A stretch of 64,000 nt of DNA from positions 62,566 through 126,565 of the forward strand of contig JAUWZX010000001.1 in assembly GCA_030615175.1 (NCBI GenBank), written 5' to 3'. The stretch comes from Candidatus Parvarchaeota archaeon (GTDB taxonomy: Archaea > Nanobdellota > Nanobdellia > WJKC01). Position 1 is the stretch's first letter; the number at the start of each line of letters is the position of its first letter. This document shows positions 32,053-41,319 of the stretch, piece after piece. Made by a program: the position numbers and the translations under genes. The notes below the pieces were generated by a model. It was not told the origin of the DNA. It saw nothing but the letters and a program-made list of their open reading frames with translations, and made no database searches.

Positions 32053-33954
32053 TTATCTTATTCTTATTGTGTCAAGATTCCGAGGCGCCTGAGTTTCAAC
32101 CCTAAACAGTTTATGAATACTGGAAGCCAAGTCAAGGCATTTACTGCTCTCACCATGCATAACAATAACTCTCTTAGGTCTAGGCTGCAAGTACTTAACA
32201 AAATCAATCAATTCCTGACGATTACTGTGACCAGAGAATCCCTCAATGGTTTCAATACCCATCCTAACCTTAATAACTTCAACACCACCCTTATGTAACT
32301 CCATCTTAATAGTGCGCTCACCAGCCTGCAACCTCCTGCCAAGACTGCCACGCCCCTGATAACTAACAATTATTAAACGATTAACAGGGTTCTCAGCTAA
32401 CTGCCTGAAGTACTCAACAGACGAGCCTCCAGTAAGCATGCCACTAGTAGCAAGAATAACGCAGGGCTTTTTACTATTAATTAATTCAACACGCTCCTTC
32501 TGACTGCCAACCCACTTAAAGCAAGGAGCAAGGAAAGGATTATGATCCTTCCTAAAAACTAAGTTCTTCACATCACGATTCATGAATTCAGGATAAGTAG
32601 TGTGAATGGCGGACACATCCCAAACCATGCCATCAACATGAACTTTAACATCCTTAAGAGCCTTATCCCTAACTGCCTTCTCAATAATAAGTATTATCTC
32701 CTGAGCCCTGCCAGCACCAAGCACAGGAACTAAAACCTTGCCGCCATTACTAATTGTTTCATTAATAAGACTAATTAATGTCTTCTCGCACTCCTTAAGA
32801 GAAAGAGGAATATCCGTCTTAGCACCGTAAGTTGACTCCATAACTAAAGTCTCCAAACGCTGGAAAACATTGGACGCCTTGCTTAACATGTTCGTGTCAG
32901 CGAACTTGAAGTCGCCTGTATAAATCATGTTATGAAAACCATCACCAATATTAAAATGAGCCATTGAAGCACCCAAAACATGACCTGAATTAAAAAGTGT
33001 TAAGCGAACATCATTAGTGATATCAGTAACTTCATCAAATGAAAGGCAGAAAGTATGCTTAATCATATTCTTAATGTCCCTTGAATCAAACAATAACTTC
33101 TTACCCTCCCTCTGATTAACATCAATGTAATCAAGCTGTAATAAAGTCATAATATCCCTGGTCGGCTCACTGCAGTAAACAGGACCTTTAAAACCGTACT
33201 TAAATAATAATGGAACAAGCGCTGAATGGTCAAGATGAGCATGGCTTACAATAATGGCATCAAGAGCTTTAACATCAAATTCAGGCGCTTCAAAATGAGG
33301 ATAAGCCCTGTTTTCAGATGCGACGTTAACCCCGCAGTCAATAAGAACCCTTGAATGAGGAGTCTGAAGCAGTGAACATGAACGCCCAACCTCCCTGAAA
33401 CCTCCAAGACATGAAAGCCTAATCCAGTAATTATTCTTATTAATAGGAGTGCCGTAAATCTTCTGACCAATCCTGTGCATGAACTTACGCCTGTAACCGC
33501 TATTACTAAAAATAGTGTAACGAATAGTCTTCACTAAGTCGCTCTTAATTGCTGGAGCCCTTCTAACAAAAGGAATCCATAAAGTCTTGCTCCTAATACT
33601 CTTAGTTACTCGCCCTAAGTGCCCTATAACTAATCCAGGCTTATCAGCCTCTAATATGACAATGCTTCTCTGGTCATCAAACCAGACATCCTGCAAACCA
33701 GCTTCTTCAGGAACTTCCTTTTCAATGATTGCCTTAGCTGAATCAGGGCTAATTAAAATACTCGGGTCAGGTCTTACCTCAACCCTTTTCTTTACAGTGT
33801 TCACAATTCTCCTAATTAAACTGCTTGAATTTAAAACAAAAGATTTATTCTTAGAATACAAAACCATGTTAGCTCCCTCAAAAACGCTTTCAACAATCTG
33901 AGCATTGCTGGGAAGCATTGATTCAACCTTTGAAAGTAATTCGTATTTAGCCAT
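32053..33954 (-). CDS. aCPSF1/FttA beta-CASP metallo-beta-lactamase ribonuclease with N-terminal KH domains
   Basis: 633 aa. KH-like N-domain, SHAHLDHSA (HxHxDH) and beta-CASP motifs up to IVMHGE. This is the typical archaeal CPSF1 architecture. Confidence 0.9.
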   Translation of the reverse strand: MAKYELLSKVESMLPSNAQIVESVFEGANMVLYSKNKSFVLNSSSLIRRIVNTVKKRVEVRPDPSILISPDSAKAIIEKEVPEEAGLQDVWFDDQRSIVILEADKPGLVIGHLGRVTKSIRSKTLWIPFVRRAPAIKSDLVKTIRYTIFSNSGYRRKFMHRIGQKIYGTPINKNNYWIRLSCLGGFREVGRSCSLLQTPHSRVLIDCGVNVASENRAYPHFEAPEFDVKALDAIIVSHAHLDHSALVPLLFKYGFKGPVYCSEPTRDIMTLLQLDYIDVNQREGKKLLFDSRDIKNMIKHTFCLSFDEVTDITNDVRLTLFNSGHVLGASMAHFNIGDGFHNMIYTGDFKFADTNMLSKASNVFQRLETLVMESTYGAKTDIPLSLKECEKTLISLINETISNGGKVLVPVLGAGRAQEIILIIEKAVRDKALKDVKVHVDGMVWDVSAIHTTYPEFMNRDVKNLVFRKDHNPFLAPCFKWVGSQKERVELINSKKPCVILATSGMLTGGSSVEYFRQLAENPVNRLIIVSYQGRGSLGRRLQAGERTIKMELHKGGVEVIKVRMGIETIEGFSGHSNRQELIDFVKYLQPRPKRVIVMHGESSKCLDLASSIHKLFRVETQAPRNLDTIRIR

Positions 33955-34025
33955 TTTATTTAAATGAAAAACTCAATTTTTTTTTCCCCACAAGAACCAA
34001 GTTCTCTGGGCACTATTGATTGCAG

Positions 34026-34697
34026 TTATATACATTTCTTAACATCTTCTTCTGGCAGTTTCTTAAGCCCTGCATCCGTAATAATGTAAACATCCACTCC
34101 CTCACCAGTGAAAACTCCGCGCCTAATCGCAGCTGAAACAGCCCTAACTGCAAGTCTTACGCCTTCATTAATTGACAAGCCATCCTTATAATTATCCTCT
34201 AATACCCCGAAAGCAATAGGGGAACCTGAACCTGTTGAAGTATAATTATCCTTAAGAACGCTTCCACCCATATCAAGACTGAACAAGTGATATCCTTTCT
34301 CATCCCTGCCAGCAAGTATGAATTGAACAATATAAGGCGTGAAACTCATCCGCCCTGAGAACAGGATGTGAGAAGTTAGTGAAGCGCAAACCCTGACTGA
34401 AGGCTTCTTCTGCTTTGAAATCTCATAATGCCTCATCTCGCCCCTAATGTACTTAACTATCATTTGAGCATCTCCAACAGCACCCGCGATTGTTAAGAAA
34501 ATCCTGTCAGTGATTGGCATGACTTTTTCAACATCCTTATTAGCAATCAAATGACCCATAGTGGCCCTCTTATCAGCTGCAAGAACAATTCCATCCTTAC
34601 AAGTTATTCCAACAGTAGTTGTTCCCTTTTTTAAATTTTTTTCATCCATTAACAAATCATCTCTCATCAAGAATTTAATTAATTCAAAAATATACAA
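34026..34697 (-). CDS. psmB: proteasome subunit beta
   Basis: GTTTVGI at the propeptide cleavage site and the rest of the Ntn-hydrolase fold. The real start is probably the internal Met at 34649 (MDEKNLKKG|TTTVGI). Confidence 0.9.
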   Translation of the reverse strand: MYIFELIKFLMRDDLLMDEKNLKKGTTTVGITCKDGIVLAADKRATMGHLIANKDVEKVMPITDRIFLTIAGAVGDAQMIVKYIRGEMRHYEISKQKKPSVRVCASLTSHILFSGRMSFTPYIVQFILAGRDEKGYHLFSLDMGGSVLKDNYTSTGSGSPIAFGVLEDNYKDGLSINEGVRLAVRAVSAAIRRGVFTGEGVDVYIITDAGLKKLPEEDVKKCI

Positions 34698-34776
34698 GAA
34701 GGGGTATATAAATGTTATGTTCTGATGCAGAAGGAATAAGAAATGAATAAATAGTCGCCACCCTTATAATAATTCT

Positions 34777-36762
34777 GTGAAACGCGAAAGAAGAATACTG
34801 ATAACCGCAGCATTGCCGTACGCTAACGGCAAGTACCATTTAGGTCATGCCAGAAGCACTTACTTGCCGGCAGACATTTTCGCACGATTCCAGAAACTAA
34901 ACAAGGCTGACGTTGCCTACATATGCGCAACAGACGAGCATGGAACACCAATATTACTTAATGCTGAAAAAGACAGGAAAAAACCAGAAGAATACGTTAA
35001 GTACTGGCATAACTACTTTGACAAGTTATTCAAGGAGTTTGGCTTAATATATGATATTTTCTACAGAACCCACTCAAAAGAGAATAAAAAACTAACAATA
35101 GAATTCTTTAACAAAGCAAAAAAGAACGGATACATTTACGAACAAGAAATTGAGCAATACTACTGCGAAAAGGATAAGAAATTCCTGCCAGACCGCTACG
35201 TTACAGGCAAGTGCCCATACTGCAATGCAGAAGACCAGTACAGTGATTACTGCGAAGACTGCGGAAAAGCATTCATGTCAGGAGAAATACTAAATCCTAA
35301 ATGCAGGTTATGCAAAGCAAAACCAGTGATGAGGAAGAGCATGCACTACTTCTTCACATTAAACGCGCTGAAAAAAGAGATAAGCAATTACCTGCAATTC
35401 AATGAATATTTACAAAAAGACGTTAAGAACTACGTCAAGCAATGGATTAAACAAGGATTAAAGGACTGGGATATAACAAGGAATTTGGAATGGGGATTCA
35501 AGGTGCCAGGCAAAAAAGAACAGGTATTCTACGTATGGTGGGACGCGCCAATAGGATATATTAGTTCAACAATAAAATGGGCTAAACAAACGAAAAAGAA
35601 TTGGGAGGATTACTGGAAGTCAAAGAAAACAGAGATATACCACTTCATAGGAAAAGACATAGTATACCATCACTACTTATTCTGGCCTGCAATGCTGATG
35701 AGCGTTAAAGACAAGTACACGCTGCCGAAAATGATTCCAACAAGAGGCTACTTAAACCTGGAAGGCAGGAAGTTTTCAAAAAGCAGGAACTGGTCAATAA
35801 CACTGGAAGATTTTTTCAAAGTATTCCCAGCAGACTACTTAAGGTTTTACTTAACAATGATAACCCCTCAAGCATCAAGCGATGCAAACTTTAGTTTAAA
35901 TGAATTCAAGAAAAGAATAAATGATGACTTAATAGCAAACTTCGGCAACCTGTCAAGAAGAGCATTATACTTCATAGAAAAATTCTTCGACAAGAAAGTG
36001 CCAAAACCAACAGAACTGGATGCAAAGGATAAAGGAGTAATTACTGACGTAAAGAAACAGCATGAAAAAATAACGAAGCTCTTAGAAGAAGTAAGATTAA
36101 TGAAGGCACTGCAGGAAGTGCTTAAATGCTCATCAATAATTAACACTTACTTCCAGGAAAAAGAACCATGGAAAACAAAAAATCCTAACTGTTTATACGT
36201 GACTCTTAACCTGATTAAAGGATTATGCATTGAATTATCACCATTCATACCATTCAGCACAAACGAATTATGGAAGAGTATAGGACTAAAAGGCAAAGCA
36301 GAAGAACAGGACTGGAGTAAGGCATTTGAATTAAGCATTAAAGCAGGTCATGAGATAAAATCAAGCAAGCCATTATACAAGCTGGTAAGTGATGAAGAAA
36401 TTAAAAAATTAAAAAGAGTGCTGGGAAAGAATTTAGAGCTGAAAGAGGAATTAGTGGAGCTTAAAAATTTTAAGAAAATAAAGTTAAGGATTGGCAGCAT
36501 CCAGCGGGCGGAGCGAATAAATGATAAATTACTAAAACTAAAAGTTCTTGCTGACAGGGAAAGAATAATGATTGCAGGCATTGGAGAACAATATAATCCA
36601 AAAGAATTACTAGGCAAGAAAGTAGTTGTGATAATTAACTTAAAACCAAAAGTTATTGCAGGAATTAAAAGTGAAGGAATGGTGCTTGCAGCAGAGAAGA
36701 AAGGCAGAATAGTATTACTAACAACCATGAAAGACATTACTGAAAATGCAGTTGTATTATAA
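34777..36762 (+). CDS. metG: methionyl-tRNA synthetase with C-terminal tRNA-binding (Trbp111/EMAP-like) domain
   Basis: 661 aa, GTG start. PYANGKYHLGH (HIGH), Zn knuckles CPYC...CEDC, KFSKS, C-terminal OB-type domain (LRIGSIQRAERI...). Confidence 0.9.
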   Translation: MKRERRILITAALPYANGKYHLGHARSTYLPADIFARFQKLNKADVAYICATDEHGTPILLNAEKDRKKPEEYVKYWHNYFDKLFKEFGLIYDIFYRTHSKENKKLTIEFFNKAKKNGYIYEQEIEQYYCEKDKKFLPDRYVTGKCPYCNAEDQYSDYCEDCGKAFMSGEILNPKCRLCKAKPVMRKSMHYFFTLNALKKEISNYLQFNEYLQKDVKNYVKQWIKQGLKDWDITRNLEWGFKVPGKKEQVFYVWWDAPIGYISSTIKWAKQTKKNWEDYWKSKKTEIYHFIGKDIVYHHYLFWPAMLMSVKDKYTLPKMIPTRGYLNLEGRKFSKSRNWSITLEDFFKVFPADYLRFYLTMITPQASSDANFSLNEFKKRINDDLIANFGNLSRRALYFIEKFFDKKVPKPTELDAKDKGVITDVKKQHEKITKLLEEVRLMKALQEVLKCSSIINTYFQEKEPWKTKNPNCLYVTLNLIKGLCIELSPFIPFSTNELWKSIGLKGKAEEQDWSKAFELSIKAGHEIKSSKPLYKLVSDEEIKKLKRVLGKNLELKEELVELKNFKKIKLRIGSIQRAERINDKLLKLKVLADRERIMIAGIGEQYNPKELLGKKVVVIINLKPKVIAGIKSEGMVLAAEKKGRIVLLTTMKDITENAVVL

Positions 36763-38502
36763 CTCTAAAACAGCCCTAATCCTGCGGACACCGGCAGCAA
36801 TTGACTTCTCCTTAACAATCCTGAACTTGCCTAACTCCCTAGTATTCTTAACGTGCGGTCCGCCGCACACTTCCTTGCTGAAATCACCAATAAAGTAAAC
36901 AAAAACTTTCTCACCATACTTTGCCTTGAACTCAGCATGAGCGCCTGCCTTCCTGGCCTTTTCAAAAGTCATTTGCTCATGCCAAACCCGTAGGCCAGTC
37001 TTTATTTTTTCATTAACCAAATCCTCAACTCTCCGCAATTCATCCTCAGTTAATTTGCGGTCAAAACTAAAATCAAAACGAAGCCTTTCAGGAGTAATAT
37101 TAGAACCCTTCTGTCTGACCTCCTTTTTAAGAACTCTTCGCAAAGCTTCTGCAAGCAGGTGAGTAACAGTGTGAAGCTTAATTGTTTCCTCAGACGCGTC
37201 AGCCAATCCTCCTTTAAACTTCTTCCCAGCACTAACACGTGACAACCCCCTATGCTTTTCATAAGCTTCTGTAAAACCCTTAACATCAACTTTTATTCCC
37301 TTCTCAACAGCAATTTCCTGCGTCATTTCAATAGGGAAACCATAAGACTGATACAATAAGAATGCATCCCTGCCTGAAATCCTGCTCTTATTCCTGGCAA
37401 TTTTTTCAAAAATCCTTAACCCGCGCTCAAGAGTCTTAAGGAATCGCTCCTCTTCCTTAACAAGCTCTTTAATAATGAAATCATGCTTTTCATCCAGAAT
37501 TGGATACTCTTTTGCATAATTTTTAATAACCACTTCAGCAACTGCCTGGCAAACACCCTTCTCAATTCCCAGTAAACGGGCATGCCTGATAGCGCGGCGA
37601 ATAAGCCTTCTTAAAACATATCCCTGGCCAAGGTTTGAAGGAGCAACCCCTCTCTCGTCACCAAGAATAAAGGTGGCTGCGCGGGCATGGTCAACAATAA
37701 TGCGCAATGACTTTAATCCCTGTCTCTTAGCAAGACTCTTAACAGCATTAATTAAAGGAATGAATAATTCAGTATCATAAACAGACTTCCTGTTTTGAAG
37801 CATTGCAACCATGCGCTCCACCCCCATCCCTGTATCAACATTTTTCTGCCTTAACCTTTCATACCCCCCATCCTTAATCTTATTATATTCCATGAAAACA
37901 TTATTCCACACCTCAAAGTACTTACCGCAACCGCAGCCAGGCCTGCACTCAGCACTGCACCCAGGCACGCCTGAATCAATAAAAATCTCACTGCAAGGAC
38001 CGCACGGACCTGACTCAAGACCCCACCAATTATCTTCCTTAGGAAGAAAGTAAATCCTGTTTTTAGGAATTCCAAGAGAAAGCCACGCCTCGGCTGATTC
38101 CTTGTCACGAGGCGCAGCCTTATCTCCTTTAAAAACAGTAACATGAAGCTTTTTAGAATTAATTCCTAATACTTTAACCAGGAATTCATAACTCCAAGTA
38201 ATCGCCTCCTTCTTAAAGTAATCACCCAAAGACCAGTTGCCAATCATTTCAAAAAAAGTTAAATGAGAATCATCATCAATATCTTCAATATCATCAGTTC
38301 GCAGGCATTTCTGAACACCAACCAAGCGCCTGCCTGCCGGGTGAGGCTGACCAAGAAGGAATGGGATTAAGGGGTGCATGCCTGCAGTAGTGAATAACAC
38401 AGCAGGATCATGCTCAGGAATTAAAGGCGCTGACTTAATAACGGCATGACCTTTCTTCTTAAAGAAATCCAGGTACTTTATCTTTAATTCACGTGCATCC
38501 AT
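36757..38502 (-). CDS. alaS: alanyl-tRNA synthetase, bacterial-type, minimal (581 aa)
   Basis: N-terminus ELKIKYLDFFKKKGHAVIKSAPLIPEHDPAVLFTTAGM and FFEMIGNWSLGDYFK, DTGMGVERM align collinearly with bacterial AlaRS. Editing-site motifs HTVTHLL and CGGPHV are present. The beta-barrel part of the editing domain and the whole C-Ala domain are absent. Confidence 0.85.
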   Translation of the reverse strand: MDARELKIKYLDFFKKKGHAVIKSAPLIPEHDPAVLFTTAGMHPLIPFLLGQPHPAGRRLVGVQKCLRTDDIEDIDDDSHLTFFEMIGNWSLGDYFKKEAITWSYEFLVKVLGINSKKLHVTVFKGDKAAPRDKESAEAWLSLGIPKNRIYFLPKEDNWWGLESGPCGPCSEIFIDSGVPGCSAECRPGCGCGKYFEVWNNVFMEYNKIKDGGYERLRQKNVDTGMGVERMVAMLQNRKSVYDTELFIPLINAVKSLAKRQGLKSLRIIVDHARAATFILGDERGVAPSNLGQGYVLRRLIRRAIRHARLLGIEKGVCQAVAEVVIKNYAKEYPILDEKHDFIIKELVKEEERFLKTLERGLRIFEKIARNKSRISGRDAFLLYQSYGFPIEMTQEIAVEKGIKVDVKGFTEAYEKHRGLSRVSAGKKFKGGLADASEETIKLHTVTHLLAEALRRVLKKEVRQKGSNITPERLRFDFSFDRKLTEDELRRVEDLVNEKIKTGLRVWHEQMTFEKARKAGAHAEFKAKYGEKVFVYFIGDFSKEVCGGPHVKNTRELGKFRIVKEKSIAAGVRRIRAVLEL

Positions 38503-38585
38503 AAAACAAGATTAAAGGATTAATTCTTAAATAAGTTATCATACAAAAGTTTTTTAAATCAAGTTGCAATTTTAAATAATTTGAT

Positions 38586-38733
38586 GGGCCTGTAGCTCAG
38601 AAAGGATAAGTTAGTCTTATTTTTGAGCAATTTGGCAAGAGCGTTCGTCTGATATATTGACGGGTTAGGACAACAGTCCTGAACGCCAGTGAAGGAAAGC
38701 GAAAGGTCGCCGGTTCAAATCCGGCCAGGCCCA
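38586..38733 (+). tRNA. tRNA-Ile (anticodon GAT) with two introns (D-loop about 30 nt; anticodon loop about 43 nt)
   Basis: Acceptor GGGCCTG/CAGGCCC. D stem GCTC/GAGC is interrupted after GCTCAG by about 38601-38630. Anticodon stem TTCGT/GCGAA with loop CTGATA[about 38655-38697]A. T arm GCCGG-TTCAAAT-CCGGC. Spliced length is 75 nt. Confidence 0.8.
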
Positions 38734-38796
38734 TTATTCTTAAAAGAATTTTTTTATCAAAAAGTAATAAAAGAAAGAGTGAATTAAGGGCAAAGA

Positions 38797-39939
38797 ATGA
38801 TTATTAAAAAAGTTGAATACAAGAAACCTGACTATGAACTAATTGAGCGCAAAGGATTAGGGCATCCTGACTACATAGCTGACTTATTTGCAGAGGCATT
38901 CTCAAGAGAATTATGCAAAGAATACATAAGTGAATTTGGAGTAATACTGCACCACAATGTTGACAAGCTAGACTTGGTTGGAGGGCAGGCAACCCCAAGG
39001 TTTGGCGGAGGAGAACTGGAAAAGAAAATAATTGCGTTTTACTCAGGAAGGGCAACGCAGAAAGTAAAAGATGTGAGCTTCAATTTAAAGGAAATAGCAA
39101 TAAAGTCAGCAAGCGACTGCCTGAAGAAAACATTCAGGTACCTGAAAAGGGATAATTTCGAATTCATGGTTGAAACAAAGCCGGGCGCAGGCAACCTAAC
39201 AGACATGTACAAGAGAAAGAAAGGAGAAATAGGAGCGAATGACACGAGTGCTGGAGTAGGGTACTGGCCATTATCAAAAACAGAACGCATAACCCTGGAA
39301 GTAGAGGAGTACTTGAATTCCAAGGCATTTAAGAGAAGATGCCCTTATACTGGCGAAGACATTAAAGTAATGACAATAAGGAACAGAGATGAGACAAGAA
39401 TAACAGTGGCATGCGCGTTCATAGATAAGTACTTCAATAACGTTAATGAATACGTGAACGCAAAAGAAGAAGTGATAAAGGATTTGAAAGAGAAATTCAG
39501 GTGCGGCATAATAATAAACACTGCAGACAAACCAGAAAGAGGAGTAGACGGGTGCTACTTAACAATAACAGGGACAAGCCTGGAAACAGGAGATGACGGA
39601 GCAGTAGGCAGGGGCAACAGGGTAAACGGCTTAATAACTTTCAACAGACCAATGAGCCTGGAAGCAGTGGCAGGCAAGAACCCTGTGAATCACATTGGGA
39701 AATTATACAATGTCATCGCATTCGAAGCATCCAAAAAGATAGTGGAAGCAGGAGCAAAGCACTGCCAGCTAGGAATAGTTTCAAGCATAGGCAAGCCATT
39801 AACTGAACCGCAAATAATGGCATGCGAGTATGACGGCAGCATAAGTGATTACAAAATAAAGAGGATAATAAATGAGGAATTAATAGGAATACCAGAACTA
39901 ACAAAGAACATAGTGAACGGGAGAATAATGCTATTCTAA
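38797..39939 (+). CDS. archaeal-type S-adenosylmethionine synthetase (MAT)
   Basis: 380 aa. [14 protein letters not shown] near the N-terminus and overall archaeal MAT pattern ([22 protein letters not shown]). Confidence 0.8.
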   Translation: MIIKKVEYKKPDYELIERKGLGHPDYIADLFAEAFSRELCKEYISEFGVILHHNVDKLDLVGGQATPRFGGGELEKKIIAFYSGRATQKVKDVSFNLKEIAIKSASDCLKKTFRYLKRDNFEFMVETKPGAGNLTDMYKRKKGEIGANDTSAGVGYWPLSKTERITLEVEEYLNSKAFKRRCPYTGEDIKVMTIRNRDETRITVACAFIDKYFNNVNEYVNAKEEVIKDLKEKFRCGIIINTADKPERGVDGCYLTITGTSLETGDDGAVGRGNRVNGLITFNRPMSLEAVAGKNPVNHIGKLYNVIAFEASKKIVEAGAKHCQLGIVSSIGKPLTEPQIMACEYDGSISDYKIKRIINEELIGIPELTKNIVNGRIMLF

Positions 39940-39968
39940 TAATCAACAATTACATTTAAAGAACATTA

Positions 39969-40718
39969 ATGATTATAATTACATTTAAAGAATTAATGCT
40001 TATGACTTTTATTATGAAAAGCAAATGGTATGATAAGATAGCACCATACTATGATAAGTTAACGCATAAAAAGAATTATGAAAACGACGTGGCGCTCATT
40101 AAACAAATCATTAAAGAATACGAACTTAATGTTAAGAAAATACTTGACATTGGATGCGGAACTGGAACGCACGCAAAAATACTAACAGAAGAAGGATTTA
40201 TAGTCACTGGAATTGACAAGAGCAGAAAAATCATTGAACAAGCAGTGAAGAAAGTCCCGAAATCAAGATTTATTGCAAAAGACATGCTAAAAATTAATCT
40301 GAACGAGGAATTCGACCTCGTAATATGCATGTACGGGACAATACACTACTTAAACAGTAAAAGGAAAATAAGAAAGGCATTTAAGAAATTCCGCAAACAC
40401 TTAAGGAAAGGAGGAGCAGTGATTATTGAATTAGGACTAATAAAGGACAACTTCAATCCTGACAAGACTGACATGTCAAGCTTTGACTCAGGAGAAGTTG
40501 AAGGCTCAATGATAAGGGAGTACGAGGACAGGGGTAATGAAGTGTTATTTAGTTACAATGTTAACATTAAAGACCATGACAAGATTATCAGAGCAGTTGA
40601 CACGAGGAAGGCGCCGTTATTAAGCTTTGGTGCGTGGAAAGAACTGCTTAAGGAAGCAGGATTCAAATTAATAATGGAAAATAATAAAAAGAAATCCATA
40701 TTAATTGGATTAAAATGA
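39969..40718 (+). CDS. class I SAM-dependent methyltransferase
   Basis: ILDIGCGTGTH (motif I) and DLVICMYGTIHYL (motif II/III region). The start may be an internal Met (about 40014). Confidence 0.75.
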   Translation: MIIITFKELMLMTFIMKSKWYDKIAPYYDKLTHKKNYENDVALIKQIIKEYELNVKKILDIGCGTGTHAKILTEEGFIVTGIDKSRKIIEQAVKKVPKSRFIAKDMLKINLNEEFDLVICMYGTIHYLNSKRKIRKAFKKFRKHLRKGGAVIIELGLIKDNFNPDKTDMSSFDSGEVEGSMIREYEDRGNEVLFSYNVNIKDHDKIIRAVDTRKAPLLSFGAWKELLKEAGFKLIMENNKKKSILIGLK

Positions 40719-41293
40719 TTGTAGAAGTTGACTGTGAAAACTGCTACAAAAACTGCTGCAAGCACTCAATAGTAAACATTAATGCACTGGACCTGGCTAA
40801 AATCCTCCACACAATAAAGGATTACGAATTCCGGGATGTAACAATAAAGAAAAGAGGTTTCGGAGCAATATACTATAAAGGCAAGCCATTAATAATTATT
40901 AATGAACCATTAATCGGCCCTGACATTCACTTACGCCCCCCGTGCAGATTCCTTAATAACAAAGGATTATGCAGCCTGCATGACCTGCTCATTAATAATG
41001 ACTCAGTACTTGGCAAAAAACTTGAAAAAAGAAAAGCACCAATGAATATTAAACCAATGATTTGCAGGCACCACCCATACTTTTACGACACTGAAACAGG
41101 CACGGTCATGAAATTCAAGCACTGCAATGAAATAGAATTAGGCGTTGAAAAGACTTCTTTTGAAAAAAAAGAAATGATAATGGAAATGATGATTGCTGAA
41201 AAAACTCAAACATTACTGCACAATGAATGGAAAAAAACAAGAAATTACCCTATAGTCCGGCTTGCAGAAACAATGATTAGAAAAGATTTTTAA
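40715..41293 (+). CDS. YkgJ/UPF0153-family cysteine-cluster (Zn/Fe-binding) protein
   Basis: N-terminal CENCYKNCC (CxxCxxCC) plus downstream PCRFL...GLCSLH. Overlaps the upstream methyltransferase stop by 4 nt. Confidence 0.6.
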   Translation: MIVEVDCENCYKNCCKHSIVNINALDLAKILHTIKDYEFRDVTIKKRGFGAIYYKGKPLIIINEPLIGPDIHLRPPCRFLNNKGLCSLHDLLINNDSVLGKKLEKRKAPMNIKPMICRHHPYFYDTETGTVMKFKHCNEIELGVEKTSFEKKEMIMEMMIAEKTQTLLHNEWKKTRNYPIVRLAETMIRKDF

Positions 41294-41319
41294 TATTCAC
41301 GGCAATTCTAAATAACCCA

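Noticed and set aside
35868-36737. Three antisense ORFs (92, 63 and 129 aa) inside metG. Similar antisense ORFs occur inside alaS, MAT, valS, aCPSF1, the P-type ATPase and the KH-ATPase gene (e.g. 63219-63638).
   Set aside because: Each is fully embedded in a well-supported conserved gene on the other strand. Their translations are low-complexity S/F/L/I-rich, typical of AT-rich antisense frames.
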